Origin: Yuukianura sp. NJ FZ-2021
Taxonomy: Eukaryota
Direction: 5' to 3'
DNA: 64,000 nt
NCBI GenBank assembly: GCA_046563655.1
Contig: CM102289.1
Coordinates: 8,060,001 to 8,124,000, forward strand
Positions 39,101 through 49,629 of the stretch are shown piece after piece. The position numbers were made by a program, and so were the translations under genes. The notes beneath the pieces are model-generated. The model did no database searches. It was given only the letters and a program-made list of their open reading frames with translations, and was not told the DNA's origin. The number at the start of each line of letters is the position of its first letter. The stretch's first letter is position 1.

Positions 39101-42100
39101 TCCCCGTCAATTTCAGCTCCATCTGGCCCACCACTTAACATCTCGGCGGCTCCAGTCGGTCCCACCTCAGTCTCTGTTCGGTGGGACGCTCCGAATCCAT
39201 CATTGCAACATGGTGCCATTTTGGGTTACCAAGTATTCGCCAGTCTCCAGCCAAATAATCACCATGGATCCAACTCCACTACCATTCAAGATGAAAAATG
39301 GCGCCAGCACACGGAGATTCATGGACTCAAGTCAAACTCCCGGTAAACCAAAAAAATGCTTTTGAAATTAAACCACACAATATTTTCAGGAAATACACAC
39401 ACAAAATCAGAAATTGGGAAGACAAAACCAAAAAAATCTTTTTTTGCTGTAGATATCGTATATCAATTCGAGCTTACAATAGTGCGGGAATGGGTCCCGA
39501 GTCTCCCTTTGTCTACGTCCACACACCAGAGGGAGGTATAAAATAAATCATTTCCAAAGCCTCATTTTTTCTAACCAAAATTCTCACTTTCTCCAGTTTT
39601 ATTAAAATTTTGATTTTCAAAAAAGTAATTTCGGTTCTTTATAGTTCCAGATGCTCCGCCACAAAATGTCCAGTGTGAAGGGCTCTCCTCCAGAAGTCTC
39701 CATATACAATGGGATCCGCCACCTCCACGGTTGTCCAACGGCGTCGTCCAGGGTTACAAGGTCATTTACCAGTCTATTCAAGATGAAAAATATGGTAAGT
39801 ATACCACAATATGCCAAAATATAATAAGTATCCCATAATATGCCATGACATGCCAAAACATGGCACATTTTTCATACTGAAAAATGCCGGTAGTATACAA
39901 CATTATGCCAAAATATAATAAGTATGCCACAATATGCCAAAATATGGCACATTTTTCAAGATGAAAAATGTCGTCAGTATACCACAATACGCCAAAATAC
40001 GTTAAGTATGCCAAACTATGCCAAAATATGTTAAGTATGCCCCTGCATACTAAAACAAATATGACACACCTTTCATGACGAGACATACGGTACGTATACC
40101 ACAATGTGCCAAAATCTGGTAACTAAGCAAAAATATTTCAAAATATGGTATCTTAAAATATGCTATAAAATATGTTTGACTAACTTATATGTCATGTAAA
40201 ACGCATTTATTTAGGTGCATGGCTATATATGCCTAGCCTATGGTTGGTCTAAAACCGCGTTAATTTGCTTTTCGTCGACCCGATTAAGTGTAATTTTCCG
40301 GAAGAAAATGAAAGTTAGTAGGCATTTCATCAGCGGAAACCGCCGCTGGTGAAAGTGCTACTAGATGATGTTCCTCTCGCCCGGAAAATGGCCGTGTTAA
40401 CACTAGTTAATTTTCCCGCCAAAATCTTTTCTATCCTAGGAGAGAAGCCTGAAGTTAAGAAAACAGCGAATCGAGAAACAACGCTTCACGGCTTGAAAAG
40501 TTTTACTAATTACACCATTCGAACTTTGGCCTACACTTTGGGAGGAGAAGGCGTTTGGTCCTTGCCGCTCTTTTGCCTTACAGAAGAAGACAGTAAGTTT
40601 GGAAATGAAAACTACAAAGTTTTCTTTATTAAAGAATTTTATACAACTATTTTCTTCAGTTTTGTTGGAAAAACTTTCTCCGTTTTACTCCTACACAACT
40701 TTCACTTCCAATTTTTGTTTCGGAAGCTCCAATTTTCGAAAAGTGCAAATTGCCCTGAGATTAGATTTTCGCATCTTCCGAGAATTCCGAGTTTTCCGGA
40801 GAAAGTTGTTTAAATTTTGAGGAAAATTGAATTGACTCTTGGTTTCGATTTAATCAAAACTCTCGAAAAACTTTTAGTCAAAAAATTCAAAAAATGTATT
40901 AATAATCTGAGCAAAATGGCACATCACGTGACATATCCGGTTCAATGTAATATGGTCAAAAACAATTTGGTCAAAATGTGAGAAAATCAAACACAAGAAA
41001 ATACAGCCACACTTAACCTACTATTTGTAAAGGTTTCACTTTTTGACCATTTCGCTTTTTGGTCAAATTGTTTTTGACCATTTCACCTGCGCCGGACACC
41101 TCATGTGTTCTTTTCTTTCACTTTTAAAATATTTGACAAAATTTTCGTTACAGTTCCAGATGAACCGGGAGATTTGAAAGTTTTATCGACCAGTTCAAGT
41201 TCAGCTCTTGTCAGTTGGTTACCCCCGTTACATCCGAATGGAATTATGAGAAAGTACACTGTGTATTGGAAGGCAGATGACTCGGAGTCTGTCAAAGAGA
41301 AAAGTTATACTGGAACTACTGGAGCAGCATCCGCAGATGAGGGGGACGAACTCAGTTTGGAAATTCGGAGACTCCGAGAGAATGTAAAATATTCCTTTTG
41401 GGTAACAGGAACGACAACGGCGGGAACAGGAAAGCCTTCCAAAATTCAGTCAGTGTTGCTCAGTTCAAAAGGTAACAAAAACCAAAATAGATTCAAGTTC
41501 CCAACTTACGAATAACCTGAAATACCGTAAAACTTCTAATAAGCGTCCTGATTCACTTCAAATTCTCAACTTTTTGACCTGGCGCTTGTTAGAGAGCAGC
41601 GTTATTAGAAGTTTTACGGTAGTTTCTTTCTCTCACCTTATGAATAAAACCTAACACAAAGAGCATAGAGGAACAGTGGAGCAAAAGAGACACGAAATAT
41701 TTGCGTTGTTCGCTAGAATGCTTTCGAGTGTTTTCTAAATCATAAGCGCGCCTGTCACCTTTTCAAGCTTTTTGAAAACACGAACGAAGCCTAACAATGT
41801 TAATTACGCTTTCTCTGTTTTGTGCTACTTTCTCCAATAACTGAGAGAATTTCCACTTGAAACGAAAAGCTCTTGAGATTTGGGTCAAATTGATGCTTAG
41901 ACTCCAGAATCAGAGGAATCCAATAATCCAAGCATCAAATTTTGTTTGTTAGGTTTTGGTTAGGTTAGTTTTAGCCTAACGTTAACCTAATTCCAGTTTT
42001 AACTTAATCAACGACAGTATCTAGTTATTTCCCGGAAGATTTTTACAACCGAAAAGAAAAGTACTTTCACTTTCATATTTTTTTATGAAATCTCTTTGGT

Positions 42101-45100
42101 AAAGAAAATTATGACACTAGAAGAAAATCGTTTCTGGAGAAAGCTTTTTTTTTTGCTGTTTTTGTTTGTTTTAGAGTTGTTTAAGCTAAAGTTAGGCTAG
42201 GAATGGCCGTTTTTGATAAGTTTTTGTTGTTTGTGTTTTAGTTGGCGCCAAAATAGCGTCGTTTCCCACGGTTCGAAACACAGTTGTTGACCAACCGATT
42301 TTGCTCAACTGTAGAGCCATTGGAGCTCCGCCGCTAAAAGTTTCATGGCTTCGTGGGGATCGTGTTGAATCGTCACATCATCTACTTCGAAATGGCTCTC
42401 TATACATCACACGCGTCAAGGTAAATACGTAGTAAAAACTACTTTTAGATGAACTCAGTTGTTTGGATTTTTAGAAAAAGTTAAAAAGTTAGGCCACTTT
42501 TTAAGAAAGAAAGTCCTAATGTTTTTGCTTACTGACCTTAATCCAACTTTTACTGACTCATCCCTCATCGTTAACTTTCTAGCGTTGGCTTGTGCTTGAA
42601 AAGAATTACGATGAGAACAGCATGCAGGGAAAAGATCTTTCCCCGCGGAAAAAACTTTTAACGACGTTCACTTTATTTTTATAAATCTGGAAGCCGGGAA
42701 AAACTTTTTTTTCTTGCGGCCTGGAGTGTGGAGAAAGTTTACTTTCTCCACGTTTTTTTTATTTACAAAAAGAAAGTGAAGAGTGAGTTGTAGGAGCCAC
42801 AGGTATTATGGGAACCTTCGACCACATCGCTTTATTAAGCTTTATGTTCCACAATAAAACTGTCACTTTTTATGACACTTTGTAAGTTCCCGCCAAAAGT
42901 GGTTCCTTGGAGGTCAATGGACACAAATGCCTTTTCCTTTCTAGCTTAGGTTAGTCTAACCTCACTTTTTTTGAACTTTGTGAAATAGGACAGAGACGAA
43001 GGTTTTTGGACTTGCCGAGCTGACAATGGAGTGGGAACTGACGAAATCGTTCATCAAATTGTGCTTCATCGACCGCCGTCCGTCGTGCCTTTGTTCTTGG
43101 GCTACGTTAGCTCTACTAGTGTTCAAATTCATTGGGAGCCACCACACAAACCAGACCCACCAGTCACTGGTAAGTGTAGCTGAGCCCCACCAAGCCCCGC
43201 CATTTTGGTGGAGCTTTGTGTCTTTTGTTGGTCTATTGACAAAAGATGATGGGAAAATTATTCCGACGGGATTAGGTGTATTTCAGTGCAGAAGTTCTTA
43301 CAAAGCTGAAACTCAAACTCTGAGATTCTATAGAAGCATATTTGGTTTCAAGTTGTGGTGCATTAGGCTAGACAAGGTTAGGGTTTTTCTAAAGTTAGGG
43401 TTAGTGAAAGTATAACCTTATCCAATTCATAACGCTTGAGATGAAGATCAAATGAAGATCAATTTTGACTGGAAATGGGAGTGAAAAGTTCATTTTACGA
43501 AGGTAGTGAAAGTTGAAAGTAAAAAATGTATTTGCTCCTCTTTTTTGAAAATGAAAAGTTGGAATCTTCAAGAGCAGAGATTTCCACTTAAGAGGTAGAT
43601 TAAAAAATGATCTTCTTCATTATATGCTAATGGGATCAAAAATTTAGCAGAGTTGGGAAGCGATTTCTTCCTGAGAGATTTTTTTCGAAAAGCAGAGCCT
43701 AAACGCTACATTAACTTTTTTTAAAGTGCTCATCTATAAATCTTGCGATGAGAAGTTTCGTCTCTCTCTTGAAATCGATTTGTGCACTACATTAGGAGAA
43801 AAAATTACAATTTTCTTCCAAATTTGAATTCTCTAGTTCATCATCTGCTCATCATTTCTAAAAAAAAATGAAAATGCAAAATTTTATTTGCCTATCCATC
43901 ACACACTGATTTCGCTCGTTCAGTTTAGATTTTTCATAAAATTCGATTTTGGAAAAGCGACTTTCATTTCAGCCCTAATTTAGTTGTATCCTAAAGGTGC
44001 AAAATGACAGTTTTCGCAAAAAAAAATGAATAAATAATGTATTTTTATGATTTACAAATTCGGTATAGCTTGCGGAGTGGCAATTTTTTTCATGAAAACT
44101 AAAAATTTTGATTTTGAAGAACTCTAAAGTGAAAGTAATTTGTGATTTAGGTTACCTTTTGCAATACCGAAGAGAAAGCTCGCTCCATGGCAAATCAGAT
44201 GATGATTGGGAAGAAAAACGTCTCGGTGCTAGAACAACATCCCACACTTTGGACAATCTCCACTGTGGTACAGCGTATCACTTTCGCTTAGCAGCTGAAA
44301 ACGTAATTGGTTTGGGCCACTTTAGCTCTGTTCTCAAAACGAAAACAAATGGACACAAACCAGATGGAAATCCCAAACTAAATGACATTCTGGACGGAAA
44401 TGGAACTGCAATCCAAATTGAGTAAGCTCAAATCCAAACACTTTCTACTTTCTCTTCTACTTTTCTCAAATCTTCATTGATTTTCGATCAAGCCTTGTTT
44501 ATGAAACGTAATCCCAGGGATAATGTCTAACCGACTAAACGAGACAAGAGTACTTGAAATTTCAAAAGAAAGTTTTTTAGTCCTAAGTCTTGATCAAAAG
44601 TGTCAATTACTGTGGAAAAACAGCCAAACAAAGAAAATTTTGAAGAATTTCTGCTATGTTTTTTTTTTATTTTCAAAATTTCAGTCTCAGTCGCTGGCCC
44701 AATGGCGGTTGTCCATTCAAGTCCAACTTTCAAATCGAGTACAAACCGAAAGACGCGCTCAACTGGCAACGAATTTACAGACCAGATAATGTCACTCACA
44801 AATTCGTTTTTGACTCCACCGCCGGTACACTCTACGAACTTAAAATTAGTGTTGAAAATGACGCTGGAGGTGCCACTAAACTCTTTGAAATTGAATCCAG
44901 TTCAGGTGAGAGAAAGCATTTTAAGTAAACACAAAATTTTCATAAAAAAAACAACAAAATTTTGAAGCTTCTCTTTTGAAGCAATCTCAATGTTTCAGAA
45001 GATAACTTTTTGACATACAATTTTGTCATGAAAATCTTTCCAAAAGTGTCAGAAAGTGAGAGTGACGAAAATTAATTACTGTGAAAATCATTAATTATCT

Positions 45101-46684
45101 AGCGGTTCTCTAAATCTATGGATTCTGTTCAATATGGGTACCATGTTGGGCTTAATCTTAAACTAACATTATTTTGGCTCTTTTTTCGGTTTTTCCAGAT
45201 TTCTTTGGAAGTTATGACAAGATGATGAAGGACAAAGGGAGATTGGCAGAAGAGCGGTCCAGTGGTGACAGTTTTCTGCGAGATGCTCATGTGGTCATTG
45301 GTGTGCCTATTGTATCTGCCGTCATCTGCACGGGTGCCATAGCCCTTTGTGTTGTCATCATAAAGAGACGCAGGTGAACCTGTCACAGATAAGCTTTCAC
45401 TTTTACACAGATTTCCTTTCACTCCAGATTTTCTTTTCATAGTTTTTCATCTTTTATCCAATGTTCCGAGAATTTCCCGGACTAAAAAAAGGCGGGAAAA
45501 GAAGGAAAACGAAATACAATGGTCCTATTTGACAGAAATATGAAGTTGATGTTGCTTTATCTCTAGAAAAGCATCTTTCCCCTGCCTTAACTCTATCGTT
45601 CTTTGCAGACATCTTGTGAAGTTATCCTAACTTTCACCAAATCAAACAAACTAAAAAGACTTTTTCTGAAATAATCTCGACTGACCTACATTTTTGATCT
45701 GTCAAATTTTTTGATGAGTGAAAGGACTATTTTAGGCGTGAAAGTTGGTGATAGTCCAATTTTTTTTAAATCAGGTTTTCCTTGGCTGGAGTAAGATTAA
45801 AAGTCTTTGAAAAGCCGTTTTTGAATTTTTATTTATTTAAAACAGTTGTTTTTTGTGAAAGTTTTTTAAAACTGGGTTAGTTTAAGTTAGTTTCTGTAAA
45901 GTTTATTGATTTTTTAGGGACATGGGAAGGGAGGAGTGGAAGTTTGCTCAAAGTGCTAGTCAGCACACTTGGCTCAGTTCAGAAGATGGACATTCAGGGA
46001 AAATGGATGGACTCGGGGGCAGAGGTGTCAAATACTTAAGTTTTTTGAAACGTTGCAGTTTTTGAAAAAAAAAGTTGATTTTTTTTTGCAGGAAATGTGT
46101 CTGTCTACGCAACTTTAAACTCGGCCAAACCAATTCCAATGGAAATCAGAGATTCGACTGTGAGATTTCAAACTTTTGGACAACGCGATAATTTTGAAGC
46201 ACCGCCAATCCCTACTCCGAACTACAAAAAGTACAGAAGAAAATCTGGACCAATTTCGGCATCTCCACCAGACGGAATGAGCTTAGGTAAATTTTTGAAA
46301 TTTGGAAGAAAAAGATTTCAAAATTTTGAAAGTTTTTGAAAATTTCAGAGGTGTCTTGCATCTCAAGTCAAAATGAGTACACAGCAACAGTAGAACCGCC
46401 AAGAAAATATTGTTATTACGAAGACAATTCGGATTCAGATGAAACGGAAGACAGTCTGTATCCGGATTATGCTCGACCATATCAACCGGCTTACCGTCAA
46501 GGTACAGATTTTGAAATCTCCCGCCAAAAATTTTCAAATTTGAAACTTGACCTTTGACCTTTGTGTCTTACTTGAAACATTAGGTGACGTGAAGCCTGGA
46601 AAAAGAGAGACTGGAAAGCATACGGGAGGAAGAAAGAAAGCAATGACAAGAAGTAGAGGAAATTCCAGGGAATACTTGGAATAA
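21137..46684 (+). CDS. Dscam: Dscam-family cell adhesion molecule (9 Ig - 4 FN3 - Ig - 2 FN3 - TM - cytoplasmic tail), single-isoform type
   Basis: Approximate in-phase exons: 21137-21227 (signal peptide), 23073-23301, 25877-26019, 26222-26408, 28121-28228, 28331-28360, 32474-32606, 33362-33706, 33870-34039, 34885-35221, 35382-35675, 35840-36121, 37163-37277, 37779-37949, 38258-38563, 38647-38956, 39117-39341, 39452-39535, 39645-39794, 40440-40592, 41154-41471, 42242-42420, 42989-43169, 44151-44421, 44685-44906, 45200-45373, 45919-46024, 46092-46287, 46350-46501, 46584-46684. Dscam hallmarks include VSLKCSATGNP, VSHVNISNVRVEDSG, TCNVVSGDLPIDIKWLKD and split Ig2/Ig3 exons. Confidence 0.93.
25388..25670. 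mobile_element. MITE (Tc1/mariner-pogo-like, TA flanks) with internal ~23-bp tandem repeats
   Basis: TIRs taccctatttcccggcgtata / tatacgccgtgaaatacggta (2 mismatches). About 6 internal copies of tagcacccgtgtatatttcgcac. Confidence 0.8.
28718..29859 (-). CDS. Nested antisense gene of unknown function in a Dscam intron (297 aa; exons 29859-29328, 29238-29128, 29051-28918, 28834-28718)
   Basis: Four exons splice in frame with canonical GT-AG (532+111+134+117 nt = 298 codons). N-terminal CPDC, Ser/Arg-rich middle, helical C-terminus. Confidence 0.7.
30726..31713. mobile_element. Non-autonomous TIR DNA transposon (~990 bp) with CCC...GGG termini and subterminal repeats
   Basis: Perfect 13-bp TIR cccgctcaccaaa / tttggtgagcggg. 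Repeated subterminal motifs (cagcacacc, gtgaaacgaaagtt, cgacaactttcgtc, cgccacttttt) at both ends flank an AT-rich non-coding core. Confidence 0.8.
39777..40150 (+). repeat. Degenerate tandem repeat (~85-115 bp higher-order units built of tatgccaaaat-like subunits) overlapping a Dscam exon end
   Basis: About 4 units beginning ttcaagatgaaaaat/ttcatactgaaaaat, with repeated tatgccaaaatat and aagtatgcc. Confidence 0.8.
40936..41096. mobile_element. Palindromic MITE-like element (~160 bp)
   Basis: tccgg..atggtcaaaaacaatttggtcaaaa at left, aaattgtttttgaccat..ccgga at right. Confidence 0.6.
41523..41621. mobile_element. Short MITE with TA-CCGTA...TACGG-TA ends
   Basis: 20-bp TIR taccgtaaaacttctaataa / ttattagaagttttacggta. 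Confidence 0.75.
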
Positions 46685-46967
46685 CATTTTTAAAGAATCA
46701 CAAACATATAATTAAAACGTTATTACAATAATTAATAATTTAACAAATGTTTTACACAAAAAACGGAAACATTTATACGCTTACTCATCGCACTGCTTTG
46801 TACCTTCATGAAAAAAAGTAATAAACAACATCTCTGGCGTTCGAAAGTTTAAAAACTTTTTTTCCATAAACCAAGCCAACTTTTCTTAGATGCAACGTTC
46901 TCTAACTGGGATTACATTTTTTAAATATATAATTTAAAAAGCGCCAAGTTTTAAATTTTTTTCATTT

Positions 46968-47919
46968 TTAAACGATGCATCTTCCTCCGTCAATTGTGAT
47001 TGTTGTTCCAGTGATCATGCTTGCACTGGAACTGGCCAAAAACAAAACCGATTCGGCAGTATCCGTCGTTTGCAGCATTCTGGGAATTGGATTTCTTTCC
47101 AGCACTTTTTTCATCAATTTATCAGCATCGCCTGGTACTTGGGCCATGAAGTTGTGAAACATTTGCGTAGGCATAACTGCCGGTCGAACTGCGTTGACAC
47201 GAATGTCCAAAGGCGCAAATTCTAAAGCACAACCTTTGGTCAGCATTGTCATTGCAGCCTTAGTACAGTGATACATCAAGTATCCTTTCATAACTTTTTC
47301 ATCTCCCTAAAAAGTTAGCAAACAAAAAATTCACACTTATAAAATTTAAAAATCAAAGTTTTAGATAATTTTTAACTTACAATTGAAGAGATGTTGACAA
47401 TATTTGCATCTTTGATTCCTTTAGCAGCTACTTGTTTTGCGAAAAGTTTGGAAACGTTAATAGCCGCTTTAAAATTGACTGCAAAATGGCTGTTGGTAGG
47501 AAATTTGGATTTCAGTTTTGGATTTTAGAAATTTTGGTTTTGATTTTTTTGAAAACTTACAAATCGATATGTTCTTCTGGCATTTCCAAAACAGTTGAGA
47601 ACTTCATGACGCCTGCATTGTTGATCAGTATGTGCAGATCATCCAGTTTTTCCATTTCAATTCGAACAGCTTCCCAATTGGTTATGTCCACTGCAACAGT
47701 GGTGACGTTCGGCAGTTCATGTTTCAGTTTTTCCAAACCTTCGACATTCAAGTCCAACGCAACCACATTGGCTCCATTTTCATAAAACTTTTCCACAATA
47801 GTCTTTCCAAGCCCTGATTCAAAAAAGTTCAGTTAAAAAAGACTTCTTCAAAAAATGTCAGTTTAGAAAATACCTTGAGCTGCACCAGTTACAAGAACTC
47901 GTTTTCCTGAGAAATTCAT
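46968..47919 (-). CDS. Short-chain dehydrogenase/reductase, L-xylulose reductase (DCXR)-like, copy 1
   Basis: MNFSGKRVLVTGAAQG|LGKTIV (TGxxxGxG), LINNAG, VNISS, catalytic YHCTK, IRVNAVRP, SMITGTTITIDGG. Four exons. Confidence 0.88.
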
Positions 47920-48309
47920 TTTTTCTCACAAAATTTTGTATTTCAAAATTCAATTTTTTAACGAAACTTTCCGAAAGAACTCCACTAATTCAAAAAGTTC
48001 TACTTCAACCAGTATCATGTGTATCAGAGTCAACTGGATTTGGATTGTTTTGTACTATTTATCGAACCAGTTTCTATACGATGTGTTACAATCAACACTT
48101 CAACCGAGGTCAAAGTCTACATTTGGACTAATAGTTCAGATTGAACTTTGTGGAAGCGTGTGGCAAAAGTAAGTCATGATTCGGGCGGAGTTCAGATTAT
48201 AATCAATGCAACTATCTACTTCAGATTACTTAAAAATGTTTGTAACAAGAAATCATTTCTGAAAAAAAGTTTCCATTTTTGAATGTTTGAAAATTTAATT
48301 TGAAACTTT

Positions 48310-49282
48310 TCAAAGGGAAAATTGGCCTCCGTCAATTGCAATTGCCTGACCAGTGATCATGCTTGATTTTGAACTTGCTAAAAACAAAACAAGTTCCGCA
48401 ACATCCGCAGTCTCCAGAAGGCGGGAAATTGGAGCAGTTGAAACAACATTGTTGACGAAAGCGTCCTTTCCTCCTAGAATGGCTGCACTGGCTCGCTCAA
48501 ACGCTTCTGTATCGCCCATTGCTGTTGGTCGGACTGCGTTGACCCGAATGTCGTGTTTACCGAATTCCTGCGCCAACCCTTTGGTCATCATGACCAAAGC
48601 AGCTTTGCTGCAGCAGTACATCAAGCATCCTGGAAGCGCTTTTTGATCTGCCTGCAAATCCGAAACATTCTTTAAAGAAAATATAAGCGTCATATTTAAA
48701 TAAATTTGCTTGATTTCTTTTACCATTGATGAAATATTGACGATGCTTCCACCTTTAAGTCCTTTTGCAATCACTTGTTTGACAAAAAGTTGTGACAGGT
48801 TGAGTGCAGCCTTGAAGTTCACGGCGAAGGTTCTACACAATTTTACAAACTACTTTTCAAGAAAAAATTTCTACAATTATTATTTTATTCTTGAATAAAT
48901 TAAACTTACAAATCGGCAAAAGCCTCAGTGATTTCCGGAGCCCATTGAAAGTCAACCAAAGCTGCGTTGTTGACCAGAACGTCCAAGGCGTCTAATTTGT
49001 CCAATTCTGTTCTCACGGCTTCCCAGTCAGTGATGTCCACTGGAATAGTGGTGACCTGAGGCAGGTCAACCTTCAATTGGGCCAACTTTGCCTCATTTTT
49101 GTCCATTGCAACCACGCATGCTCCTGCCTCATGAAACTTCTGGACCAATGTCCTGCCGAGCCCTGTGGAATTTAAAAACACAGTCCATTTTGTGCAAAAA
49201 TGTGCAATTTTTTAAATCTAACCAATCAGTACTGACCTTGAGCTCCTCCTGTTACAAGAACTGTTTTTCCAGAGAAACTCAT
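48310..49282 (-). CDS. Short-chain dehydrogenase/reductase, L-xylulose reductase (DCXR)-like, copy 2 (tandem paralog)
   Basis: MSFSGKTVLVTGGAQG|LGRTLV, LVNNAA, GGSIVNISS, YCCSK, IRVNAVRP, SMITGQAIAIDGG. Same intron positions as copy 1. Confidence 0.88.
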
Positions 49283-49629
49283 GTTGTCACAACTGGAGCA
49301 AGTATGGTATGCTGTTTGAAATTTTGGAAAACTTTTAAAAGGAAAGTCTTCCAAGGACAACTTATCAATTGTCTTAAGACAATGCTTTTTATTGTTTCAT
49401 TTCACTGTTTGATCTGTAGCGATAGTTTATAGTTATAATAGAAATGCAAAGGCCTAACTGATACAGCGGAATCCCAAGACAAAGTTACAAAATACATGGA
49501 CAAGAAAATTTCAAACTAAAACTACAGTTAATGTTGTTCTAGTTTGAATTCGAATTTACCAAAAATTGAAAATAAAAATTGAAAAACATATTTTCTCAAA
49601 AAAATATTGACTAAAAAGTAAAGTCAAAG

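Noticed and set aside
39778..40104. 108-aa hydrophobic repetitive ORF on the minus strand
   Set aside because: It is just the translation of the intronic tandem repeat.
41948..41992. TTAGG/CCTAA telomere-like motifs here and scattered through introns (e.g. ~21355, ~24940, ~28270)
   Set aside because: Only 1-3 degenerate units each; no true telomeric array.
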